Below, one piece after another: positions 36,063 to 44,808 of a DNA stretch of 64,000 nucleotides. Where the stretch lies: positions 6,624 to 70,623 of the forward strand of contig JAAXXK010000009.1 in the NCBI GenBank assembly GCA_013334525.1, written 5' to 3'. Made by a program: the position numbers and the translations under genes. This stretch comes from Chlorobiaceae bacterium. Its GTDB lineage: Bacteria > Bacteroidota > Chlorobiia > Chlorobiales > Chlorobiaceae. A model generated the notes under the pieces. That model saw only the letters and a list, made by a program, of their open reading frames with translations, made no database searches and was not told where the DNA came from. The number at the start of each line of letters is the position of its first letter. The stretch's first letter is position 1.

Positions 36063-36917
36063 ATGCCCGAAAAAAGGGATTTTACGATAAGAACCATGAG
36101 CCGCCAGGAGATCGATCTTGCCGTTGAATGGGCTGCGATCGAAGGCTGGAACCCCGGCAAGGAAGACGCAGAGTGTTTTTACCGGGCCGATCCGGAGGGA
36201 TTTCTTGTCGGCATGCTCGGCAACGAACCTGTCGCTGCTATTTCAGTTGTCAGATACGGAACTGCTTTCGGATTCCTGGGTTTTTATATCGTCCGCCCGG
36301 AATATCGAGGCATGGGCTTTGGCATTCAGATATGGAATGCCGGACTTGCACGACTTGAAGGCAGGTGCATCGGCCTTGACGGCGTCGTCGATCAGCAGGA
36401 AAACTACAGGAAATCAGGCTTCACGCTGGCCTATCGAAATATCCGCTATCAGGGGATCGGAGGCGGGAAAATCGAGCAAGATCGCCGGATCATACCGTTA
36501 TCCTACATTCCGTTCGAAGCAGTATATTTTTATGACCATGCGTTTTTCCCGGATGACCGTTGTGATTTTCTCCAGTGCTGGATCAACCGGAAAGGGAGCA
36601 GATCGCTCGGTATTGAAGAAAATGGAAAACTTGCGGGGTATGGTGTCATTCGTCCCTGCCGATCGGGTTTCAAGGTCGGCCCGCTCTTCGCCGACCGGCC
36701 TGAGCTTGCAGAAGCGCTCTTTTGCGCCCTGAAATCATCAATTCCCGAAGGATCGCCAATCTTTCTCGACATACCGGAAAACAACAAGGACGCGCTGTCG
36801 CTGGTGAACCGTCACAACATGTCCGTCGTTTTCGAAACGGCCAGAATGTATAAAGGAAATCCTCCGTACCTGCCGATCGAAAGGATCTACGGCGTCACCA
36901 CATTCGAGCTCGGCTGA
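36063..36917 (+). CDS. GNAT family N-acetyltransferase with C-terminal YitH-like domain
   Basis: Acetyl-CoA binding block FYIVRPEYRGMGFGIQIWNAGL. About 284 aa from the Met at 36063. Confidence 0.75.
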   Translation: MPEKRDFTIRTMSRQEIDLAVEWAAIEGWNPGKEDAECFYRADPEGFLVGMLGNEPVAAISVVRYGTAFGFLGFYIVRPEYRGMGFGIQIWNAGLARLEGRCIGLDGVVDQQENYRKSGFTLAYRNIRYQGIGGGKIEQDRRIIPLSYIPFEAVYFYDHAFFPDDRCDFLQCWINRKGSRSLGIEENGKLAGYGVIRPCRSGFKVGPLFADRPELAEALFCALKSSIPEGSPIFLDIPENNKDALSLVNRHNMSVVFETARMYKGNPPYLPIERIYGVTTFELG

Positions 36918-36924
36918 GGGTTTA

Positions 36925-37476
36925 TTACGGCTTGTTGCCTTTGATCGTGCCGAAATGCGATCCGCCTTCAAGGGTATAGTTGGTGGCCTTGCCTCCATTT
37001 GCACCGTCACTCAATCTCAGGGTTCCGAGGATCAGCGGCTGCCGGCCGCTGTCGATATTTGGCGAGGTAACCGTTGCGGTGCCTATCAATATCAGCGTTT
37101 CCGATCCAACACCTGCAATAATTCCATTGTCACCAAAAAACGACGCGTCAAAATTCACCGTACCGTCATATGGCCTGGAGCCTTCGAGATTGATTACTTT
37201 TGGCGAAACCTTGTAGTTCGCTCTTTCAGTCGTGTAGCTGATACTGTAATTCGAGGCATCTTCACCGGTCAGGTTGACGGTTTCAAGGCTTTGCCTGTAG
37301 AGACCCACATTCAGGTGTCCGCTCGTGCTATAGCTCGGCTTTACAATTTCAGCCGTACCGTTCACCTTGTCCCTGGTGGCGCCACTGCCCTGCACGCCGA
37401 TGAGCTTCAGCGAACCGGGAATTACCCTGTCGCCATAAACGTTTCCGCCATCTGCGATCATGGTTGTCAAGGCCAT
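36925..37476 (-). CDS. YDG/MBG-repeat fragment of an adhesin-like protein (no signal peptide; probable remnant)
   Basis: Repeat signatures NLTGEDASNYSISY, KVINLEGSRPYDGTVNFDAS and GGKATNYTLEGG, as in giant haemagglutinin-type adhesins. Only 183 aa. Confidence 0.5.
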   Translation of the reverse strand: MALTTMIADGGNVYGDRVIPGSLKLIGVQGSGATRDKVNGTAEIVKPSYSTSGHLNVGLYRQSLETVNLTGEDASNYSISYTTERANYKVSPKVINLEGSRPYDGTVNFDASFFGDNGIIAGVGSETLILIGTATVTSPNIDSGRQPLILGTLRLSDGANGGKATNYTLEGGSHFGTIKGNKP

Positions 37477-37966
37477 ATCATCATATCATTTGGTTCTTTC
37501 AGCCTGCTCTCAAGCATATAATACATATAATTTGAGGTATTGCTGTCGGCAATGTTTGTCTTTGCGATACGTTGCGCCACTCTACATCATTTGCTGATTC
37601 AGTGCCTGCACGTGAAGATCATCCCCACCACAAACCCCGCTGTTGAATGCCCTTTTTACAAGCTTCTCGAAGCAAATCCCTCTATATCCGTCACATGGTA
37701 TCAGGCAACATGCCTTACATTCAAGATCAAAATCTGCCTGGCGACAAATCAGGCCGATAAAAACAAAAAACCGCACGTACGGCGGTTTTTTGTTTTTATG
37801 CAGCGAGGTCCACTCATTGAATCGTCATCGTATCTGAAGTCCGTTGCGTTTCCCTTCAGCAGATCGCAATATTTTTGCGATCTGCTTACCGGCAAGCTCG
37901 CTCAAGACCTTTGGTTATGCATAATGGACCCGAAATACCCGCTTGACATAAAAAAACCATGCTCTT

Positions 37967-38290
37967 TCAGTCGAAAAGCTCTCCAAAAAAGCCCAACGGC
38001 CCCTCTTTTCTCTTTTTTCGCCCTGTTCTCGGATCGAAATATGAATCATGGTGATTATCATGACCATCTACATTTGAGCGCTCTTCCTGACGGGGTTCAC
38101 GCTGATAGATTTCAGGAGTGGATGCGAAAGATGACTTCTGAACGATTTTGTCGAGTTCTCCCCTGTCAAGCCATACTCCCCTGCACTCCGGACAATAGTC
38201 GATCTCGATTCCCTGACGTTCCGTCATGAGCAGCGACGAATTGCATGCGGGACATTTCATAACGTTTTCCTTTGGATATTGGCCGGACAC
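37967..38290 (-). CDS. TFIIB-type zinc-ribbon protein
   Basis: MKCPACNSSL...IDYCPECRGVWLDRGELDKI, i.e. two CxxC pairs. The start could be the Met at 38260. Confidence 0.7.
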   Translation of the reverse strand: MSGQYPKENVMKCPACNSSLLMTERQGIEIDYCPECRGVWLDRGELDKIVQKSSFASTPEIYQREPRQEERSNVDGHDNHHDSYFDPRTGRKKRKEGPLGFFGELFD

Positions 38291-38451
38291 GATCGTATCA
38301 GTTTTCGGTAAACCTGTTCTTGTTGCTTCTTGAGAAAGATATGTCCGACACTCTTAAGGAAGCGTAAAGACAAGCTTAAAAAGGGATTAAATCGAAAAAA
38401 ATGTAACCGGGCTTAATGGAATCCGTAGATGGATTAGGGGCGGGAATGAAA

Positions 38452-38502
38452 CATGGGCACCCCCGGGATCATGTAATCATTTAGATCCGGGCGGTGCCCA
38501 TG
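38452..38502 (-). terminator. long imperfect hairpin downstream of the hcp two-gene unit
   Basis: catgggcacccccgggatc / gatccgggcggtgcccatg: 19-nt arms with 2 mismatches. Confidence 0.45.
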
Positions 38503-38540
38503 CGTTCAGGAGTGAATTAAGGCTTCAGGGATTGAGCTGC

Positions 38541-39002
38541 TCAAACATCGGCAACAAGATATCCGTGAATCAGCAGATGCTGCAAGCCAGAGGGCGGCCC
38601 TATCGGACCAGGCGTGATATCGACGCCGATCCGGCCTTTCGATGAAACGGCAAACCCTGAAGCCATGGCCTCATGGGTTCCCCCTTCGCCTTTGCTGCTC
38701 AGGGTTATCGTCGATTCAAACACTCGCCGGCTATTCATCGGATTGGCGATGTTTTCAATGAACAGGCGCAGCACCATGATCTTGTCAAAACCGGCAGCGC
38801 CCTGGGGATGGACATATTGCCAGTATACATCCGTGACGACGAGCGCCTGCCCAGCAGGAACCCGCCAGCCAAGACCGCCGGGGCCACTCTGGGAAGTGCC
38901 GTCAGAAAGAATCCGGATAAAATCAAGTTTCGAAGGGCCATAACCACCATTTAATCCACCGACGACTTCCAATGTTACATGCTGTGATGCTGATATCGTC
39001 AT
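38541..39002 (-). CDS. hypothetical protein co-transcribed with hcp
   Basis: 153-aa ORF 78 nt downstream of hcp. Beta-rich composition with no recognisable motif and no signal peptide. Confidence 0.55.
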   Translation of the reverse strand: MTISASQHVTLEVVGGLNGGYGPSKLDFIRILSDGTSQSGPGGLGWRVPAGQALVVTDVYWQYVHPQGAAGFDKIMVLRLFIENIANPMNSRRVFESTITLSSKGEGGTHEAMASGFAVSSKGRIGVDITPGPIGPPSGLQHLLIHGYLVADV

Positions 39003-39080
39003 TGCTGCCTCTGTAAATTATTTGTCCGTTAATCTCTAAATATCCCTTTCGACCATGGTAATCCAGATACTGAACCCCGG

Positions 39081-39563
39081 TTATACCCGAGCCTCCCAAT
39101 CGTCGCTTGCACTTATGGCTCCTGGCTCCCAGGTCCAGGTTATTTTCTGGTATGTCAGGCTGAACTCCTCCCGTTCAGGATGTTGGGCCGCGTCACTCCC
39201 ATCCATCGACAGGACGAGTTTATAGGCGGCAAGGCTGGCATTGATAAGGCGTATCGTGTAAAATGCCGCATCCCGTCCCCCGCGATCCTGGTGCCAGAGC
39301 TGGAGAACGACCTCCTTGAGGTTCTCGTTGGTAACCAGGGCATTCAACAAAAGAGGGCTTGAACAATCGATCTCTTTGATGAAAGTCAGGGGCTTGTGTA
39401 TGCGTTGGCCGGTCGGGAGCCCTGAGTAGCTGTCTCTTGGAGAAACAATCTCGTGAAATCCCCCGAATACCTGAATCGTATCTTTACGACCGATAAGGCT
39501 TACCGGTCCCTTGATTTTTCCCTGCTTTTGCCCGGTAATCGATAAATAAGCGCCATGTGCCAT
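39081..39563 (-). CDS. hcp: Hcp (TssD) type VI secretion tube protein family
   Basis: Matches the remembered enterobacterial Hcp pattern: TGQRIHKPLTFIKEIDCSSPLLLNAL, cf. TG.RIH.P..F.KEID.SSP.L, and C-terminal EEFSLTYQKITWTWEPGAISASDDWEA. AGGAGG-like SD present. Confidence 0.8.
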   Translation of the reverse strand: MAHGAYLSITGQKQGKIKGPVSLIGRKDTIQVFGGFHEIVSPRDSYSGLPTGQRIHKPLTFIKEIDCSSPLLLNALVTNENLKEVVLQLWHQDRGGRDAAFYTIRLINASLAAYKLVLSMDGSDAAQHPEREEFSLTYQKITWTWEPGAISASDDWEARV

Positions 39564-39773
39564 ACAAAACCTCCTTGATATGCGATATCGTTTGTTTTAA
39601 TAATCTCCGACTTCACCTGCTACGTTTCTCACCATTTACCACATGGCCTGCTGGCCGTCAGAACTGACAACCGTCGCTTGTGGGTTGCAAAAGCCGCTTC
39701 GTCCACCAAAAAATATAGCTAAATTTCAACACGGGATGATTTCGCAGTTCTTGCAAAACACAGGAAACACCTT

Positions 39774-40415
39774 TTGAAAGCCATACGATTCATACTTCTG
39801 GGCGCGTTGCTCCTGTTATTTCAATCCAGTCGATGTTTCAGCGCGGATAACGAGCTGGAGACATTGAGGGGAGTGTTGTTCAAAGCCGATGCAACCCCCA
39901 CTGAACTGCCTGTTTCTGCAGATCCGCCGACAGGCGATTATACTGATTTGGCGAATGGAAAAATTTCTTTCCGGATTGACGACGGGCAAATCCGGCAACT
40001 GGCCAGGTTCAGGAATGAATTGGAGCCATTGATCGTGGAAAGGATCGGGAGCGACTACTGCTGGATGTATCTCTCCGCATTTTTGCGTTATGAGTCTGCC
40101 GTGCCGATAATCAAAAAAAAGCTGATCGGGTGCGAATCGATCTACGGATGGGAAGGGCCGGACTATTCGAAAATCGAAACCTGGCTGGTAGATGCACAAT
40201 ACCCATATCAGATGGCCTGCATCAACGCTATCGAATACATCACGCACAAACCGGTAGGTCAATCGATCAGCCTGACAAAAAAAGAACGAAGCGACTTGAT
40301 TGCCCGCGCGAAAAAATGCAGGACTAAAAATATTGACAAGGCCGATTTCATGAGATACTGCTCTGCGTACTGGCTGCTCGGCAAACTTAAAATTCCATGC
40401 AAAAATGCCAGATAG
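39774..40415 (+). CDS. secreted hypothetical protein
   Basis: TTG start. Signal peptide MKAIRFILLGALLLLFQSSRCFSA. Several Cys residues and no recognisable family. Confidence 0.5.
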   Translation: MKAIRFILLGALLLLFQSSRCFSADNELETLRGVLFKADATPTELPVSADPPTGDYTDLANGKISFRIDDGQIRQLARFRNELEPLIVERIGSDYCWMYLSAFLRYESAVPIIKKKLIGCESIYGWEGPDYSKIETWLVDAQYPYQMACINAIEYITHKPVGQSISLTKKERSDLIARAKKCRTKNIDKADFMRYCSAYWLLGKLKIPCKNAR

Positions 40416-40454
40416 ATCGGCCCAAAAGCTTATTTGTCAGCATCCACAAGGAAA

Positions 40455-40871
40455 CTACAGGAATGTTGGCGGCTCCCAGTCATCATCGATCAAATCCCAG
40501 TCCCGGCCGATAACCTCCCCCATTTCAGTGCCTTTCATGTATACGCTTCGCGTTGCCGAATCTTCAGCCAGCCAGTCGCAATACCTGTTCATGGTGCCAA
40601 GCCGTCCCTCGTAAACACAAACGTCTTTCCAGTACTGTTTGCCATCCTTTTCAGCATAGCATTCAAAACCCAGTTTCCACCACTCGTCGAGCAGGGCCTC
40701 CATCGCCGCAGGATTCATGGCACCATCACGAAACAGATAATTATCGAACCAGACACGGCCGCCAAGCGCCGGTTTGTGGTCACGCAGGCACTGCTCCCAC
40801 CCACCAGGGTACTTCTCCTCGATGATTGCAACAGGAACAATCAAATCGATAAACTCAGTCATAACCGCCAT
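40455..40871 (-). CDS. hypothetical cytoplasmic protein
   Basis: 138-aa ORF, Trp/Asp-rich (WEQCLRDH, LLDEWWKLGFECY). No recognisable family. Confidence 0.5.
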   Translation of the reverse strand: MAVMTEFIDLIVPVAIIEEKYPGGWEQCLRDHKPALGGRVWFDNYLFRDGAMNPAAMEALLDEWWKLGFECYAEKDGKQYWKDVCVYEGRLGTMNRYCDWLAEDSATRSVYMKGTEMGEVIGRDWDLIDDDWEPPTFL

Positions 40872-41053
40872 ATCAGGGCTTCATTTGGGATGTTGTGCGA
40901 CCGATGCTTCAGGCATGGCCGCAGAAATAATACTTTATGAAAAAACGTGAGTAGCTGTGTAACTCACCGTACCTGGCTGAAATTACAAATCTGATTAAAT
41001 GAAGGAGCCGTATCTTTCATTCAAGTCATCTGCCGCAATATAACGCTCTTCAC

Positions 41054-41589
41054 ATGCTCAAATTAAAGCCAAAAGGGATGAAATGGCTGAAAGGCTTCCA
41101 CCTGATAGCCGTTTCATGCTGGATCGGAGGAGCCATAGCCCTGTTGTCGCTTTATTTCCTGAAGCTGAGTGTCGCAGACGGCAAAGTCCTCTATGGCGTA
41201 AACCAGAGCCTTCATCATATAGACATGAGCATCGTTGTGGTTCCGGGAGCCATCGGGTGCCTGCTCACCGGCCTGGTCTACTCACTTTTCAGCAACTGGG
41301 GATTTTTCAAACACAACTGGCTGACCTTCAAATGGATAGTCACCCTGTCGGCCATCGTGTTCGGCACACTCTATCTAGGCCATGGGAGACGGCGATGATG
41401 GAAATATCCGGCAAACTCGGGATCTATTCCCTGCATGATGCCGCTTACCTCTACAACCAACGGATGAACCTGGTCTTCGGCACCATTCAGGTCACGCTGC
41501 TGATCATCACCCTGTTCGTCTCGATATTCAAGCCCTGGAGATCGAAAAAGGGGCAAGAAAAGGCACCGTCTGCAGAAAAATCCGCATGA
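41054..41589 (+). CDS. small polytopic membrane protein encoded in two overlapping frames (frameshift, or two coupled ORFs)
   Basis: Frame 1 (41054..41398) has 3 TM helices and ends ...LYLGHGRRR*. Frame 2 continues (S)RPWETAMMEISGKLG...LVFGTIQVTLLIITLFVSIF (a 4th TM) to 41589. An ATG at 41395 overlaps the TGA at 41396 (ATGA). Confidence 0.55.
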
Positions 41590-41792
41590 ACGGGAACCAT
41601 CCCATCACTCGCCATCCATAGCGCTCCTTCCGGTCATAACTGCTATACGGGGTCGCCTTTGCGATTATTTTATGGAGATTTAAGGCCAGGCTTATCCTCC
41701 TTTAAGAATCCGGGTCTTACCTTGTAAGCGTTGATATACATAATGAACCGAACGAAAGCTGAAGCAACGGAAATATCTGAATATCCAAAAAA

Positions 41793-41987
41793 ATGAAAAA
41801 AATCAAGTCAAGAGCCTTTGCGCTCCCCACTGCAATCGGAGCCCTGATCGTCGGTATTGTCGCCGGCATACTGGTCTCTTCACACGGTTTCATCGGAACG
41901 CCCGAATCGATAAACGTCTGGCTGAGCAGCATCTTTGTCGTTGCGGTCGTACTGTATACCCTGGTCAATCTCAAGAAGCTTACCTGA
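41793..41987 (+). CDS. small 2-TM membrane protein
   Basis: MKKIKSRAFALPTAIGALIVGIVAGILV ... WLSSIFVVAVVLYTLVNL. Preferred over the antisense ORF 41717..42058 on composition. Confidence 0.45.
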   Translation: MKKIKSRAFALPTAIGALIVGIVAGILVSSHGFIGTPESINVWLSSIFVVAVVLYTLVNLKKLT

Positions 41988-42035
41988 TCACTCCACAAAA
42001 CGCTGCCCCGGCCGCGCTCCACGCATGAGGAGGTA

Positions 42036-43226
42036 TCAGGTGACAAGCGGTTTTTCATTGGCCACAGACACCTTTGCCGCGTTGGCGATAGCCCGAAGTT
42101 TTACGGCATCGACATCGCTGCCCAACTGATCGGATACCAGCGCCACCGCCATTCGCCGGTAGGGACGAGTCACCGGCTTGCCGAAAATACGGATGTCGGT
42201 GCCTGACTCAAGGAGGGCATTTTCAACACCGGTGAACCGGGGATTGCTGCCTGCACTGTCGGCCAGGATGACCGCACTGGCGCCGACACGCAACAATTCG
42301 ACGACCGGAATCGGCAGCCCAAGCACCGCCCTGGCGTGGAGTTCAAACTCCGAAAGGTTCTGGGTTCCCGCCAGCGTCACCATGCCGGTATCATGCGGAC
42401 GAGGTGAAAGCTCCGAGAAATAGATGCCGTCATCGGCCAGGAAAAACTCTACCCCCCATATGCCCGCCCCGGTCAGAGAACGGGTAACTTTTTCGGCGAT
42501 CTCTTGAGCCTCCTTCAACTCTCCTTCGCTGATCCGGCAAGGCTGCCAGCTCTCCTGGTAATCACCCCGCTCCTGCCGGTGACCTATAGGTGGGCAGAAC
42601 AGCGTCGGGCCGTCAATTTGAGTCACGGTCAACAGGGTAATCTCGGTATGAAAAGGGACGTACGACTCCACGATCACTTCGGCGCTGTCTCCTCGTTTGC
42701 CGCTTTGCGAGTAGCTCCAGGCTTTTTCAATATCGGCCTCACTTCTCACGGTCGATTGACCTTTGCCCGAAGAGCTCATCAACGGCTTGACCACGCAGGG
42801 CAACCCAACCTCTGCGACTGCCACAGCCAGCTCCTCCTGCGAAGCGGCATAGCGATAGTTCGCCGTTCGCAGTCCAAGCTCTCTGGAGGCAAGGTCGCGA
42901 ATGGCTTTTCGGTTCATCGTGAAATTGGCCGCACGAGCCGATGGAACCACCTGTATTCCCTGCTTCTCGTAATCATAAAACCGCTCTGTACGAATGGCCT
43001 CTATTTCAGGCACGATCAGATCGGGCTGATGTTTTGCGACAATGACATCGAGCGCCCTGCCGTCCAGCATATCGATCACTTCCCGTGCATCTGCCACCTG
43101 CTGGGCCGGCGCATCGTTGTAACTGTCAACCGCAATCACATACTGTCCCAGGCGCTTGGCAGCAATGACAAACTCCTTTCCCAGCTCTCCACTCCCCAGC
43201 AGCATGATTTTTTTCGACATGGTCAT
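42036..43226 (-). CDS. purT: formate-dependent phosphoribosylglycinamide formyltransferase
   Basis: [24 protein letters not shown]-grasp blocks and GVEFF; collinear with remembered E. coli PurT. Confidence 0.9.
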   Translation of the reverse strand: MTMSKKIMLLGSGELGKEFVIAAKRLGQYVIAVDSYNDAPAQQVADAREVIDMLDGRALDVIVAKHQPDLIVPEIEAIRTERFYDYEKQGIQVVPSARAANFTMNRKAIRDLASRELGLRTANYRYAASQEELAVAVAEVGLPCVVKPLMSSSGKGQSTVRSEADIEKAWSYSQSGKRGDSAEVIVESYVPFHTEITLLTVTQIDGPTLFCPPIGHRQERGDYQESWQPCRISEGELKEAQEIAEKVTRSLTGAGIWGVEFFLADDGIYFSELSPRPHDTGMVTLAGTQNLSEFELHARAVLGLPIPVVELLRVGASAVILADSAGSNPRFTGVENALLESGTDIRIFGKPVTRPYRRMAVALVSDQLGSDVDAVKLRAIANAAKVSVANEKPLVT

Positions 43227-43232
43227 TGACGG

Positions 43233-44033
43233 CTATAAATTGTTTTTATAAAAACCTTTCGCCTTGATCATCGCAAACCACTCACGGGCCTTCTCCCTTG
43301 CAGTGGATTTCGGAATCCAATGTACAAAATTGGCGATATCCCGCAGTTCCGTCCGACCGAGGCCGGGAAAATCAACTGCTCTAGGCTCCCCGAGTTGCCA
43401 GGCCGGCGATTGCCTGACCCGTCCCTTTTCGGGGTGTTCGAACTCAAGCGGCGGAAACGCCTCATGAAGTGAACGTCCCTGCCACTCTGCTGCTGGAAAT
43501 GTTATGCACGAAACCATATCACCGGCGGGCTTCATCCTGGAGGAGGCAGCGGCCACAAGCACCGGGCGGCCGAATACCGACCCGGTGAACTCCTTTGGGG
43601 TGCCTGCGAATCCGACAGCGATGCGACCGCTGGCGATACCCATGTCCGGGCTGAAGAGAAGTTCGTCGTGGTCCCCCATCCAGCGGGCAGCACGAAGTGC
43701 GTCGAGGAAAGGATCTTCGGAGCCGAAACGCTTCGAGAAAAGCAGCACGATAGCGCTGTCCAGAAACCGCTCCACCACACAAAACCCCTCCCCTTCAAGC
43801 GACTGGCGCATCCAGACGAGAAACATGTTCAGGTAGATCAGGATCTCCGAAGAGGAGAGTTCGATTGAAAGACGTGAAAAATCGTGAACCCCCACATAGA
43901 GCACCGTCGCATCCAGTTCGATGCACTTCACGGGAAATGAACCCGCCGCATCGTCATCGATCTCCACATCCACCGTAAGGGGTTGCGATAGCAGGAAGTC
44001 CGTTATCGTGTTGTAACTGTATGGCGTTTTCAC
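43233..44033 (-). CDS. hypothetical protein with weak, degenerate class III nucleotidyl-cyclase-like motifs
   Basis: ATVLYVGVHDFSRLS (cf. vlFaDivgFT), RFLDSAIVLLF (cf. k.iGDa.mavF) and MGIASGRIAVGFAG...GSVFGRPVLVAAA (cf. iGihtG.vvaG..G...y.vfGd.VN.Aar). It ends 6 nt before purT. Confidence 0.35.
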   Translation of the reverse strand: MKTPYSYNTITDFLLSQPLTVDVEIDDDAAGSFPVKCIELDATVLYVGVHDFSRLSIELSSSEILIYLNMFLVWMRQSLEGEGFCVVERFLDSAIVLLFSKRFGSEDPFLDALRAARWMGDHDELLFSPDMGIASGRIAVGFAGTPKEFTGSVFGRPVLVAAASSRMKPAGDMVSCITFPAAEWQGRSLHEAFPPLEFEHPEKGRVRQSPAWQLGEPRAVDFPGLGRTELRDIANFVHWIPKSTAREKAREWFAMIKAKGFYKNNL

Positions 44034-44405
44034 GATTCCACAGGTATGAGGTTGATGGTGAACGGTAAAATAGCAAACCCTGAGGGTTTTAACCGGTAAA
44101 GTATCGTAAGGGGTTATGCCGGGGCCTGGAAGTTTGCGGAATAATCATCGTGAGGCCCCGATGTGGGTAGTTTGCCTCATGATCCCCAGCAAACGGCCGA
44201 TTGAGGCCTTCAAACGTAGGCTCAGCAGAGAGATTCATAACCGTGATATACCTGTTACGATTACTCGAATGGAAACACATTGAGTATATTAATATCAGTG
44301 TTTGACGTAAAATCAACTCGTGAGGTGAAACATACCATCGATCACCGTTTTCCTGTTCAGGCTTATTCACTGAAGTCAATCAACCATTCAGAAAAGGAGG
44401 CATCG

Positions 44406-44738
44406 TTGAAAAAGAATCTTTTCCTGTCAGCCGGAGTTGCCCTGATGGTTTTCGGCATAGCCCAGATTGCCCCCGTCAACAACGCGCTGGCTTACCCGCC
44501 CCCGGAACCGCCAGAATACAGGCATCATAGACCGCCTCCGCCGCCTCCGCCGCGAATGCATAGGGATCATGTCCGTTATTACGAAGGCTCCTATTACCGG
44601 CGTGACCGGGATGGAAACTGGTATCGGTCCAGATACGAGCAGGGCCCGTGGCATTATGTAGATGAATACAGGCTGCCGTGGCTCAGGGAGCGGCGTGGTC
44701 CGCCGCCGCCGCCACCTCACCGATATCCACGGTATTGA
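44406..44738 (+). CDS. small secreted Pro-rich protein
   Basis: AAGGAGG SD 5 nt before TTG at 44406. Signal peptide LKKNLFLSAGVALMVFGIAQIAPVNNALA. Proline runs PPPPPPP. Core YYRRDRDGNWYRSRYEQGPWHYV. Confidence 0.6.
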   Translation: MKKNLFLSAGVALMVFGIAQIAPVNNALAYPPPEPPEYRHHRPPPPPPPRMHRDHVRYYEGSYYRRDRDGNWYRSRYEQGPWHYVDEYRLPWLRERRGPPPPPPHRYPRY

Positions 44739-44744
44739 TTTGAA

Positions 44745-44781
44745 GAACAACCCCTCCTGCACGAGGGGTTGTTCGTTTTTT
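44745..44781 (+). terminator. rho-independent terminator
   Basis: gaacaacccctc / gaggggttgttc 12-bp stem followed by gtttttt. Confidence 0.85.
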
Positions 44782-44808
44782 CTCCTGCGAACAAACGATT
44801 CATGCGCC

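Noticed and set aside
37540-38229. 229-aa plus-strand ORF
   Set aside because: It runs through an AT-rich intergenic region containing two hairpins and then antisense through the zinc-ribbon gene. It has no SD and an implausible composition.
42504-43229. 241-aa plus-strand ORF
   Set aside because: It is antisense to purT. It is a shadow frame.
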